Assembly: GCA_963754315.1 (NCBI GenBank)
Contig: CAVWFS010000007.1
Coordinates: 672,001 to 736,000, forward strand
Source: an uncultured Candidatus Rokubacteria bacterium
GTDB lineage: Bacteria > Methylomirabilota > Methylomirabilia > Rokubacteriales > CSP1-6
Reading direction: 5' to 3'
Length of the DNA stretch: 64,000 nucleotides
Positions 28,347 through 37,723 of this stretch are shown here, piece by piece; within the stretch, counting starts at the first letter, position 1, and each line of letters starts with the position of its first letter. The notes beneath the pieces are model-generated. The model ran no database searches and had not been told where the DNA came from. It worked only from the letters and a program-made list of their open reading frames with translations. A program made the translations under genes and the position numbers.

Positions 28347-28985
28347 TCAGGAATACTTCACCGTGCAGCCATAGGCGCGCGTGGCCGGCGTCTTCACCGG
28401 TTGCCCGGCCATGACCGCCTGCAGCGCTGCCCGCACGTAGTTGTTGGCGCCCGCCACGTCAGACGTCCGGGTGGTTGGCCGGTCGTCGATGGCCCCCGCA
28501 TAGACCAGCACACCCGCCTTGTCGACGAGATACATGTGCGGCGTGTTGGTAGCCCCGTAGAGCCGGCCGACCGTGCCCTTCGGGTCGAGGAGCACCGCCG
28601 TGGGAACGGCCTTGCGGCCTGTGGTGAGCTCGTTGGCCTTGGCCGGCGTCACATAGCCTTGTTCGCCCGGCGCCGACGAAATGATGGTGAGCCAGACGAC
28701 CCCCGAGTCGATCGCCTCTTTCTGGATGGCTTGCATGTTCCCGGTCTCGTAGTGCTTGCGGACGTAGGGACACTCGTGGTTTGTCCATTCGAGCACGACG
28801 ATCTTGCCCCGGCTGTCGCCCAGGCTGTGGGCTGATCCACCGCTGGACGGCAAGCTGAAAGCAGGAGCGGGCTCTCCGACCTTCGCGGCGGCCGACACCG
28901 CTTGCGGCCACGTGACGGTGCTGGCCATCAGGATTCCAGTCCCGGTGCGGGCGAGGAACGTGCGACGATTCACAATACTCGACAT
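28347..28985 (-). CDS. Tat-exported redoxin (AhpC/TSA, thioredoxin-like)
   Basis: NRRTFL Tat motif; VLEWTNHECPYVRKHY, YGATNTPHMY, GAIDD, AYGCTVKY. Confidence 0.85.
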   Translation of the reverse strand: MSSIVNRRTFLARTGTGILMASTVTWPQAVSAAAKVGEPAPAFSLPSSGGSAHSLGDSRGKIVVLEWTNHECPYVRKHYETGNMQAIQKEAIDSGVVWLTIISSAPGEQGYVTPAKANELTTGRKAVPTAVLLDPKGTVGRLYGATNTPHMYLVDKAGVLVYAGAIDDRPTTRTSDVAGANNYVRAALQAVMAGQPVKTPATRAYGCTVKYS

Positions 28986-29004
28986 AGCGCAGCCTCCCTG
29001 TGTG

Positions 29005-31155
29005 TCAGTTGTCGATGGCGTCGATAAGGATGTTTTCACTCAGGATCTGGGGCAGGACGACGGGCTCGCCCGCCTGGCCGGGCCGGGCCGCGGGGTACAG
29101 CAGGTACAGGGGCACGCCACTGCGACCGAACGAACCGAGAACGTCGGCGATCTGCGCGTCACGGTTCGTCCAGTCCGCCTTGAGCGAGACGATGCCACGT
29201 CGGGCAAACGCCTCGATCACGGTAGACGAGCGGAGCGCGACCCGCTCGTTCACCAGGCAGGTGATACACCAAGCAGCCGTGAAGTTCACGAAAACGGGCG
29301 CGCCCTGGGCCCGCAATTCCGCGAGCCGGGTCGGGCTGAACGGTTCCCACCGGAGACCCTCGGTCGCGGGCGCGCTGGCCGGGCTCGACAAGGGCAGACC
29401 TCCAATCATCGCCCCGAGCGCGATGGCGGCGAGCATCACGCTTCCCACCGCCACGCCTGCAGCCCGGCGCCAGAGCGCTGGGAGACTCCGAGATGCCTGA
29501 TAGAGCCACAGGGCGAATGCGATCAGCACGAGGCCCGCCAGAACCGCGGCCACGCCCTGCGGGCCGGCCTGCTGACTTACCACCCAAATCAGCCACGCCA
29601 CCGTGCCATAGAGGGGAAAGGCCAGAAATTGCTTCACGCGCTCCATCCAGGGACCCGGCCGCGGCAGAAGCCTCGCCCAGGACGGCACGAGGGTCAACAC
29701 CAGATAGGGCAGCGCCAGTCCGAGGGCCAGCGCTTGGAACACGAGGAGCGATGTCGTCGGGGGCTGGGTCAGGGCAAAGCCCACCGCCACTCCCATGAAG
29801 GGCGCCGTGCACGGGGTCGCAGCGATGGTGGCCAGGGTACCCGTGAAGAACGAACCGATGTATCCAGGCCGCTCAGCCAGGCGATGTCCAAGACCCGCCA
29901 CTCTCGCTCCGATGAGCAGGGCACCGGATAGGCTGAGGGCGAGCACGAAGAAAATATAGGCGAGCAGGCTCACGAACACCGGTGACTGGAGCTGGAAGCC
30001 CCATCCGATCCGCACACCACTCGCCCGCAGCGCCATGAGAATTCCCGCGACCACCGCGAAGGAGAACAAGACACCCGCCGTGTAGGCAACACCATGCCAG
30101 CGGACCACGCTCGGGCGACCTCCGGCGTGGCGCATCAGTGCGAGCATCTTCATCGATAGCACGGGCAGGACACATGGCATGAGGTTCAGGAGGAGGCCCC
30201 CCGCTAGCGCGAGGCCCAACGCTCGAGGGAGCGAGAACCCCGAGAGAGCTGGTATCGCCAGGTCGTCGCGGCCTCGCTCGGGTGTTGCTCTGACGAGGAA
30301 AGCCTGGCTCGCCGTACCCTGATCCAGACGCTCCTCGATGACGAGCACGCCTTCGACTGCCGTCCCCGGGTCCGGAGTCAAAGCACCGCGGGCTACCTTG
30401 AGCCTGAGCCCGTCCCCTGCGATCGTGACCGCTTGCGGCGCAGCATGATCGATCACGCCCCAATGTCTCGGGTAGAACCAGACCTCGGCAATCCGCGCGG
30501 CCACGAGATCGGGCGCCTCCACGTGAAGGCTGATCGTGTCGGCCGCGAATGAGACCGACGCCGGCCACGGGATGCTCGTGGGTACGGACCGCCGCGCACG
30601 GTCGATCATCTCGGCCCCACGCGGGTCCGGGGGTGGCGTGCCGGCCACGACGGGCAGGACAAGCTCGAGGCTTGCCTCCTCCGGAATGCAGATCTTCTCG
30701 CAGACGAGCCAGCTCGCGTGGGCCCGGAGGGTCACCCGAGTACCCGGCGTCAGCCCGGAAGGCGCATGGAGCAATACGGGGAGGGTGACGTCGTCCGTGT
30801 ACCCGTAGCTCATCACGGGCCCCACGGGAATGCGCTCCGGTCGCGGCCACGCGATGCCATCCGCGTGAAAACCGTCCGGCAGGGTCCAGGTGATGGAGGT
30901 GGGCTCGCCCGAATCACCGGGATTGATCCAGTACGTGTGCCATCCCCGCGCGATCCGTTGCCGCAGCCCCACCCATATCGAGCCTCCGGGCTCGATGCCA
31001 CGCTGGGGGCTGACGAGCTCGACGCGGACCCGGGGTGATGGCTTGCGGGCGGGCGGAGCCGCCGCGGACTCGGCGAGAGTGCTCACCATGCCGATCGCGA
31101 CCAGAGCGTACGCCAGGACGGCGACGGCCAGCATCGCGGGAGTGCACCGTCTCAT
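29005..31155 (-). CDS. DsbD/ScsB-like protein-disulfide reductase (N-domain, transmembrane domain, thioredoxin)
   Basis: GWHTYWINPGDSG, WLVCEKICIP, LNLMPCVLPVL, ATPCTAPFM, AAWCITC, GVPLY. Confidence 0.9.
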   Translation of the reverse strand: MRRCTPAMLAVAVLAYALVAIGMVSTLAESAAAPPARKPSPRVRVELVSPQRGIEPGGSIWVGLRQRIARGWHTYWINPGDSGEPTSITWTLPDGFHADGIAWPRPERIPVGPVMSYGYTDDVTLPVLLHAPSGLTPGTRVTLRAHASWLVCEKICIPEEASLELVLPVVAGTPPPDPRGAEMIDRARRSVPTSIPWPASVSFAADTISLHVEAPDLVAARIAEVWFYPRHWGVIDHAAPQAVTIAGDGLRLKVARGALTPDPGTAVEGVLVIEERLDQGTASQAFLVRATPERGRDDLAIPALSGFSLPRALGLALAGGLLLNLMPCVLPVLSMKMLALMRHAGGRPSVVRWHGVAYTAGVLFSFAVVAGILMALRASGVRIGWGFQLQSPVFVSLLAYIFFVLALSLSGALLIGARVAGLGHRLAERPGYIGSFFTGTLATIAATPCTAPFMGVAVGFALTQPPTTSLLVFQALALGLALPYLVLTLVPSWARLLPRPGPWMERVKQFLAFPLYGTVAWLIWVVSQQAGPQGVAAVLAGLVLIAFALWLYQASRSLPALWRRAAGVAVGSVMLAAIALGAMIGGLPLSSPASAPATEGLRWEPFSPTRLAELRAQGAPVFVNFTAAWCITCLVNERVALRSSTVIEAFARRGIVSLKADWTNRDAQIADVLGSFGRSGVPLYLLYPAARPGQAGEPVVLPQILSENILIDAIDN

Positions 31156-31415
31156 TTGCGTTGTATTGTGCCATGCCTCGCCGAGGAGGCGCCTTTTCGG
31201 CCGGGCGCTGTCTCTCGCTCGCCGGTTTCGACTAGAATCACCGGAACGGTGAACAAGGTGCAGCCAGATCCTGCCCGCGCAGATACCAGGGGTCCTCGAT
31301 GAAAGAGAGCGCCGGCGCCAGTCCGTCGACCTCATCGACCGTGGTCCTGGCTTCGACGAGGTCGAGGCACGATGGCGCGCGGCGCGGACTCGATAACCGC
31401 AAGGAGACAGAAGCC

Positions 31416-32255
31416 ATGAGACACCTGACCCAGCGCCTCAACGAGCTGTGTGACCCCCTACCCTTTCAGACGAGCTGGTACCTCAAGAATTTGTCCACCG
31501 GTGAGCGCGCGGATCGCCAGGGGGCAGTACCAGTGCCGTCGGCCAGTACCCGCAAGATCTCGATCATGATGGCCGCTCTACAGGCCGTACACGACGGCAA
31601 GCTTTCCCTCGACCAGCCGCTCACCATCGAGGCCCGATACCAAGACAACGATTCGGGAACGTTTCAGCACCTCACGCCAGGATTCACGATCACCCTGCGC
31701 GATGCCCTGGTGATGATGATCATCGTCAGCGACAACACCTGCACCGGCCTGGTGTGCGACCTGGTCGGGCTCGCCAACATTCAGCGGTTCTGCGAAGCCA
31801 TCGGCATGACCGGGACCATCCACAGGTTCGGCATTCCGCCGCGACTCGGTCGCGACCACACCCTGGCCCAGGTCACCACCACCACCCCCAACGACCAGGG
31901 CTTGCTGCTCGAACTGATCCTGGGCGGCGCCACCGACGGCGAGGTCGCCACCCGTCTGGGCTCCACCCCGGCGCTGTGTCGTCTCGCCCTCGACATCTTG
32001 AGCTGGCAGAAGCTCAAGACCCGCTTGCCGTCCCTGCTCCCCCTGGGTACCAAGGTGGCTCACAAGACGGGGACGGGAGCGCGCGGATACATGGATGCCG
32101 GCATCGTCTACAAGGGCGAGCGTCCGCTCTTCGTCCTCACCGCCTACACCGAGCACGTGCCAGACGCGCTCGCCGACGGCACCCCAGGCTTCGCGGCCGC
32201 GTACCAGCTCATCGGCCGGATGGCGCGTCTCAGCTACGACACCCTCGGAGGCTAG
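31416..32255 (+). CDS. Class A beta-lactamase-like serine hydrolase (no signal peptide)
   Basis: SxxK (STRK), SDN, KTG; start ATG 31416 after AAGGAG. Confidence 0.8.
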   Translation: MRHLTQRLNELCDPLPFQTSWYLKNLSTGERADRQGAVPVPSASTRKISIMMAALQAVHDGKLSLDQPLTIEARYQDNDSGTFQHLTPGFTITLRDALVMMIIVSDNTCTGLVCDLVGLANIQRFCEAIGMTGTIHRFGIPPRLGRDHTLAQVTTTTPNDQGLLLELILGGATDGEVATRLGSTPALCRLALDILSWQKLKTRLPSLLPLGTKVAHKTGTGARGYMDAGIVYKGERPLFVLTAYTEHVPDALADGTPGFAAAYQLIGRMARLSYDTLGG

Positions 32256-32263
32256 GCGAGTGA

Positions 32264-32476
32264 GGGAGGCCGGCGCCACGCGCCACCAAGCTCCGGGCTT
32301 TGCACGTGGCGGGGGCCTTCGTCGACGACGGGGTCTTTCGCGATCTGGTGCGCGAGCACGCCGCCGCCCGTCAAACGGCGGAAGCGACCGAGGGTCTCGC
32401 CTCGTTCGGCGCGAAGCGTCCACCCTCCTGGCACATTGCGGACCCGGCCTCCCGAGACGCGGGACCATTGGGCTAG
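32264..32476 (+). pseudogene. C-terminal remnant of an enoyl-CoA hydratase/isomerase
   Basis: Startless frame ..RATKLRAL..LVREHAAARQTAEATEGLASFGAKRPPSW..* matches the crotonase tail pattern EA.EG..AF.EKR.P.W; in-frame TGA immediately upstream. Confidence 0.6.
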
Positions 32477-32518
32477 ACGACCAACCGCCGCTCACCACAC
32501 ATACGACGGAGGACCACG

Positions 32519-33484
32519 GTGGAGATCACTCCGGCTTCACTCGGACGGTGGGACGGCTCGCTCGTCCGCTACCCGGACCCTGCGGTACGGGTCCTCGACC
32601 CTCGCTTTGCCCCCTACCGCCTGGCGAACGCAGCCGTCGAGCGGATCGCGTCGGGTTTTCGGTGGGCGGAAGGCCCCGTGTGGTTCGGCGACCTCCGCTG
32701 CCTCATCTGGAGCGACATCCCGAACAATCGGATGCTGCGCTGGCTCGAGGAGACCGGCACCATGAGCGTCTTCCGGAGCCCGTCCAACTACGCCAACGGG
32801 CACACCCGGGATCGACAAGGACGACTGGTCTCCTGCGAACACGACACCCGCCGCCTCACGCGCACCGAGACGGACGGGACCATCACCGTCTTGCTCGATC
32901 GCTACGAAGGGCGACGGCTGAACGCCCCCAACGACGTGGTGGTCAAGTCCGACGGCAGCATCTGGTTCACCGATCCCGGCTACGGCATCCTCGTCAACTA
33001 CGAGGGCCACCGAGCGGCCTTCGAGCTACCGCCAAGCGTGTATCGCCTCGATTCCGCCTCTGAAAGCGTCGTCGCCGTCATCACGGACATGGAGCGGCCC
33101 AACGGCCTCTGCTTCTCGCCCGATGAGTCCTTGCTCTATGTCGTCGATTCCGGCTCCACCCCACGCACCATTCGGGTCTACGACGTCATGGAAGGCTCGC
33201 GGGTGGCCCACGGGAGGCGTTTCGTCGACATGAGTCCGGGCAGCTCCGATGGCATCCGCTGTGACGTCGACGGCAACCTGTGGGCGGCCGCGGGCGGCGG
33301 CGGAGATGGCTTCGACGGCGTGCACGTGTTCGCGGCCGACGGCACGCGGATCGGGCAGATTCTCCTGCCCGAGAAGTGCGCCAATCTGTGCTTCGGGGGC
33401 GTCAAGCGCAATCGACTGTTCATGGCCGCCAGTCAGTCGATCTATGCGCTCTACGTCGAGGCGCAGGGAGTGAACGGCGCCTGA
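32519..33484 (+). CDS. SMP-30/gluconolactonase family protein
   Basis: RWAEGPVW, WSDIPNNR, NGHTRD, NAPND, FTDPGYG, PNGLCFSPDE, DGIRCD. Confidence 0.92.
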   Translation: MEITPASLGRWDGSLVRYPDPAVRVLDPRFAPYRLANAAVERIASGFRWAEGPVWFGDLRCLIWSDIPNNRMLRWLEETGTMSVFRSPSNYANGHTRDRQGRLVSCEHDTRRLTRTETDGTITVLLDRYEGRRLNAPNDVVVKSDGSIWFTDPGYGILVNYEGHRAAFELPPSVYRLDSASESVVAVITDMERPNGLCFSPDESLLYVVDSGSTPRTIRVYDVMEGSRVAHGRRFVDMSPGSSDGIRCDVDGNLWAAAGGGGDGFDGVHVFAADGTRIGQILLPEKCANLCFGGVKRNRLFMAASQSIYALYVEAQGVNGA

Positions 33485-33519
33485 CGCCGCCCCCTACCCG
33501 CCTCGGCCAGCGTCTCGCC

Positions 33520-35310
33520 TCAGCGAGCCGGGCGGTGCCAGTAGGCGATGCGACCGAAGATCGAATCCCAGGCGTTGGGCTCGATCCCGCCGAGCTGGTT
33601 TGAGGCGGCATGAACGGTATTGCGCCAGGTGACGGGGATGACCACGCCGTCCTTGATCACGAGGTCATTCATGCGGATGAAGAGGGACGCCCGCTTGACG
33701 GGATCCATCTCGGCCTCGGCCTTCCGCCAGAGGCGATCGTACTCCTCATGACGCCAACGAGTGAGGTTGCGTCCCGTCCACTTGTTCTCCTTGGTCGGGA
33801 TCTCCCACGACACGAACTGGGCCATGAAGAGCTGCGGGTCCAGACCGGTGAAGACCGTGTAGATCTGCAGGTCGGCCAGAAAGCGCACGTTACTGTCAGG
33901 GTTGCTGGTATCCGAGGAAAAGAAGACCGACACCGGCACCGCCTTGACCTCGATCTCGACACCAGCCGCGGCCGCCGCCTGCTTGACGATCATCTGGACC
34001 TTCTGGACACTGGGACTCACCGCCCCCTGGAAAACCAGCTTCAGCCGACGTCCGTTCTTGACCCGGATCCCGTCCGGCCCGCGCAGCCAGCCCGCCTCAT
34101 TCAGGAACTGGCCGGCCTTGTCAGGGTTGAACTCCCAGTTCGTGTTCCGTGACCGGAAGCGCTCGGGCGCGTTGAGGAAGTTGGCGGTGATCTGCCCGTT
34201 CCTCCCGATCAGGTGCTCCTGGATCGAGGCGCGGTCGACCAACAGGCTCAGGGCCGTGCGCACGGCGGGGTCGGCGAGATACGGATGGCCAAAGCCGACC
34301 GTGGACCGCTCGGCGTCGACATCTCGCCACGGGTCCGACTGGTTGCACTGGATGTGGTTCACGCCGCTACCCGGCACCGTGATGAACTTTCCTTTCCCGC
34401 CCTGCTCGATACGCTTGAGGACATCTTCTTCGGCCAGGATGTAGTACCCGAAGTCATATTCCCCGGTCTGCAACACCGCCCGGGCGGCGCTGATCGCGTC
34501 GCCGCCGCCCTTGACGTGGACTCGGTCGAAGAATGGACGATCGGGGACGTGATAGTGGGGATTCAGCTCGGCGACGATCGAATCGCCTGGCTTGAAGTCC
34601 GTCACCCGGTAGGGGCCCGTCCCCACGGCCTTGACCATTCCCAACGCTTCGCGGGCGCCTGCGCCCTTGTAACGCTCGAAGATGTGCCGCGGGAGCAGGC
34701 CGTCACCGGTGAACGCTCGTGCCCAGAACGGCTGCGGCCTCTTGAAGACGAGCTTGACGGCGTGGCTGTCAAGCTTGTCGATACGCGCAATTTCGTCGAA
34801 GGCGGCCCGGCTGCTGGCAGCCGTGGCGGGATCGGCCGCAAACTCCCAGTTGAAGATCACATCGTCGGCGGTGAAGGGCGCCCCATCGTGCCACACCACG
34901 TTCCGCTTGAGCCGCCACACTACCCACTGTCCGTCTTTGGCCACGCTGCCATTCGTGAGGCTGGGAACTTCCTCGGCCAGCACCGGGACGAAGGTGCCGT
35001 CGGGGGCGGCGGCGGCCAGCGGCTCGTAGAAGATGCGGGACGCGGTAAAGTCCCGGAGACCACGCCCGAAGTGGGGATGCAGGAACGTGGGCGCATCCCA
35101 CATGAGAATCCGGAGGTCTCCGCCACCCCCACGCCGGGTCGGGGTGAATCCTATCTGGCGGGGGCCAGCGGCGACGCCGCTGGCGGCTAGCAGCTGAGCG
35201 GCCATCGGGGCGGTGAGGCCGAGCCCGACCAGCGTCTGAACGAACCGACGCCGTCCCAGGCGCCCACACCGGACTTCTTCGATCAGCTCTCGCAGCCCTG
35301 ATTCGTCCAT
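33520..35310 (-). CDS. Peptide ABC family-5 substrate-binding protein (orphan)
   Basis: RRRFV Tat-like leader; WHDGAPFTADDV; GTGPY. Confidence 0.88.
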   Translation of the reverse strand: MDESGLRELIEEVRCGRLGRRRFVQTLVGLGLTAPMAAQLLAASGVAAGPRQIGFTPTRRGGGGDLRILMWDAPTFLHPHFGRGLRDFTASRIFYEPLAAAAPDGTFVPVLAEEVPSLTNGSVAKDGQWVVWRLKRNVVWHDGAPFTADDVIFNWEFAADPATAASSRAAFDEIARIDKLDSHAVKLVFKRPQPFWARAFTGDGLLPRHIFERYKGAGAREALGMVKAVGTGPYRVTDFKPGDSIVAELNPHYHVPDRPFFDRVHVKGGGDAISAARAVLQTGEYDFGYYILAEEDVLKRIEQGGKGKFITVPGSGVNHIQCNQSDPWRDVDAERSTVGFGHPYLADPAVRTALSLLVDRASIQEHLIGRNGQITANFLNAPERFRSRNTNWEFNPDKAGQFLNEAGWLRGPDGIRVKNGRRLKLVFQGAVSPSVQKVQMIVKQAAAAAGVEIEVKAVPVSVFFSSDTSNPDSNVRFLADLQIYTVFTGLDPQLFMAQFVSWEIPTKENKWTGRNLTRWRHEEYDRLWRKAEAEMDPVKRASLFIRMNDLVIKDGVVIPVTWRNTVHAASNQLGGIEPNAWDSIFGRIAYWHRPAR

Positions 35311-35394
35311 GAGGTCGCTCCTGGGAGGCCGGACCAGATGCTACCATGAGCCAATCCCCAAGCAACCCCCAGCGTGCCCTCTGCAGTCGTGCCC

Positions 35395-36192
35395 CTATTG
35401 ATGCCGATAGCTGGCGACGTGTACCCCCAGCTGCGTGTAGGACGTGGGATCGGCCCACCACCGCTTGAGGTCGGCCGCCAGCCGCTCGTAGTCGAAGTCG
35501 ACCTGAAACGCTCCCTGGACCACCTCGAGGACCGTCAGATAGGTTTCGAGAAAGCGATCCTTCTGTCCGGGGATCGTCGAGGGAACGATCAGCGACGTGT
35601 CGGCTTCCGGTTCGAAGCCGTACTGGCTCGCCTGCTCGGCCAGCAAGCGCCCCGCATCTCGATTGCAGCCATCGGCCCGCCGCTTGGCCCGAAACGCCTC
35701 GAAGAATCGCACCATCGATCCCACGGGGGGCACGAACTTGCGCTGATCGTCGGACGATTCGATGACGATCAGCAGCCCCCCTGGCTTGATCGCCCGCCGC
35801 ATGCTGGTGAGGAAATCGGCCACCGACGGCAGATGCTGGACCAGCAGGCGCGCCAAGGCGACATCGTAAGCGCCGCGTACATCATGGGCGTCCTGGACGA
35901 GGAACTGCATCGACGCACTGTCGCTCCGCGACTCCGTCGGCTCTTCCCGTTTGGCCACCTCGATGTGGCTCGGGTCGGTATCGATTCCGACGTACCGCTT
36001 GGTGGGAAAGTACCGGGCAAGTTGCCGAAGGTAGTGCGCGTTCCCCGTCCCGACGTCGAGGACCGTGGCCGCCTCCAGCCACGTCCGGGAATTGAAGAAG
36101 AAGGGAAGCTCGATGGGCTGGCTCAGGTCCGTCTGCAGCCTCATCAAGCGGTCCCACCGTTCCGTCACTACCTGGGCAGAGGACGTCGCCAT
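35395..36192 (-). CDS. Class I SAM-dependent methyltransferase, unknown substrate
   Basis: VLDVGTGNA (motif I), VGID, YDVALARLLVQHL, IKPGGLLIVIE. Confidence 0.85.
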   Translation of the reverse strand: MATSSAQVVTERWDRLMRLQTDLSQPIELPFFFNSRTWLEAATVLDVGTGNAHYLRQLARYFPTKRYVGIDTDPSHIEVAKREEPTESRSDSASMQFLVQDAHDVRGAYDVALARLLVQHLPSVADFLTSMRRAIKPGGLLIVIESSDDQRKFVPPVGSMVRFFEAFRAKRRADGCNRDAGRLLAEQASQYGFEPEADTSLIVPSTIPGQKDRFLETYLTVLEVVQGAFQVDFDYERLAADLKRWWADPTSYTQLGVHVASYRHQ

Positions 36193-36248
36193 CGGTTCCC
36201 TGGCCTCGTTCAGCTCGGCGCCGGATCGCTATCCGGTCCTCGCGTCAA

Positions 36249-37583
36249 TCAGCTCGTGCGCAGCAAACCACGGGGCAAGTTTTCCAGCAGCAGGGGAAGG
36301 TTCACGTAAAGCACATGCACGTAGGCCTCGTCGGCGCCAGCGCTCTTCTCGATAATCGAGTGCGAGATGATCGGGTAGTACTCCCTGTTGCGAAACCCAT
36401 CATCGGGATGATGGCTGTTGAACTTGATGGGCACCTGGGCCCACGCGCGCCCGAACGAGGCATAGTCTCGACCGACCCGCTCCTGATCCAGCCTGAACTG
36501 GTCATAGTCTTCGGGATTCATGTAGGTGCGAAGAACCTCGAGGAGATCATCCAGGGTCTTCCCCTTGAGACTGTTGGCCTTGTCCGCCGCATAGCCATAG
36601 AAGCGCGCCGCCTCGCTGCTGGCCACCTTGATGGCGGGCCTCTCTTTCGCTCCACTCCTGCTCAGCACCACGGTGACCACGTTCTGGGATTGCAAGGAGT
36701 CCAGCGAGACCCGGCCGAGATTCAGGTCAGTCAGCTCCTCCTGGTAGGCCACCAGGCAGGATGCGAACGGGGTCGTCTCCAGCTCTTCGACCACCCCCCG
36801 TCCCACGAGGTAGAGACGAAACGTCCGATCGCCGTACCGTGGATGCCCCTTCAGCCGGAGCGGAACCTCGGCCCGTTCGGGGGGTCGGGACAGGAACATC
36901 CCGCTGAAGAACTGCTTCAGGTCCTCGCTGACAGCCCCCGCGTCGGCAATCCGTCCGTGTCGGCCGAGACTGCTCACGAGGCCCTCGATGGTCAGCTGTT
37001 CTCCCGAATCGGGACTGGGCAGGCCCTGATAATGCTCGAACAGGTCAAGAAAGTCTTCGTTGGCGCCATGCACGACCGGCGATTTAGCGCGGGTGACTCG
37101 CACGAGCGCAATGGGACTGGGAGCCGTCAGGGTCCAGATCAGGGGAGGCGGCCCGGCTTGCACGCCGCGTGGCTCGAGTCGCTTCACGTTGTTCAGCGCC
37201 TGCTGCAACCGGTAGAACGAGGCCTCCGGGTTGGCGGTCTCGAGCTCGATCACGCCCAGGCCCCCCAGGTTGGAGAGCCACTCGACCCCTTTTTCGACCA
37301 GGATCACGACCCGCTCGCGCCCGAGCAGAGCATGGAAATAGCCCAGCTCGTGAATGACGTTCTGCCGGGCACGCCGCAAGCCTCCACTGGTCTGGTCATC
37401 GCTGGTCAAGACGACGAGGGCGCAATCGACGTCCCGCGCGGCCTGCTCCAGCTTCTCCACGATGGTCTGGCCGGGCGCCTCCTGGTGCTTCAAGGTGTAC
37501 GGTTGGTGCCCCTCGCTGCTGACGAACTCCGAGAGCCTGGACCGGACCAACTCATCATGCCCGTGGCTAATGAACACCTTCAT
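36249..37583 (-). CDS. TIR-like nucleotide-binding domain (Cap12/PycTIR type) fused to two PAS-like repeats
   Basis: KVFISHGHD..QTIVEKLE..ALVVLTSDD..RARQNVIHELGYF..LGRERV..SNLGG, followed by an internally duplicated C-terminal region. Confidence 0.8.
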   Translation of the reverse strand: MKVFISHGHDELVRSRLSEFVSSEGHQPYTLKHQEAPGQTIVEKLEQAARDVDCALVVLTSDDQTSGGLRRARQNVIHELGYFHALLGRERVVILVEKGVEWLSNLGGLGVIELETANPEASFYRLQQALNNVKRLEPRGVQAGPPPLIWTLTAPSPIALVRVTRAKSPVVHGANEDFLDLFEHYQGLPSPDSGEQLTIEGLVSSLGRHGRIADAGAVSEDLKQFFSGMFLSRPPERAEVPLRLKGHPRYGDRTFRLYLVGRGVVEELETTPFASCLVAYQEELTDLNLGRVSLDSLQSQNVVTVVLSRSGAKERPAIKVASSEAARFYGYAADKANSLKGKTLDDLLEVLRTYMNPEDYDQFRLDQERVGRDYASFGRAWAQVPIKFNSHHPDDGFRNREYYPIISHSIIEKSAGADEAYVHVLYVNLPLLLENLPRGLLRTS

Positions 37584-37723
37584 GACCCGCCCCCTTTGCC
37601 CCTACCCCGTGGTCACCGACAGCAGGCCCGAAAACCTCGTATAAGGGCAGCTTACGCCAAGCGCCCCCCGGGCGCCGCGCAAGTTCGCCGGCCCGTCCGC
37701 GGCGACCTCCCGGCCAGACCGGC

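Noticed and set aside
31238..31441. Minus-strand 67-aa ORF with an FIEDPW glyoxalase-like snippet
   Set aside because: Too short a match, and it overlaps the serine hydrolase start; cannot be supported.
36249..37583. Canonical CBASS, Pycsar or Thoeris system
   Set aside because: No CD-NTase, PycC cyclase, ThsA, STING or CNBD domain is recognisable in the window.
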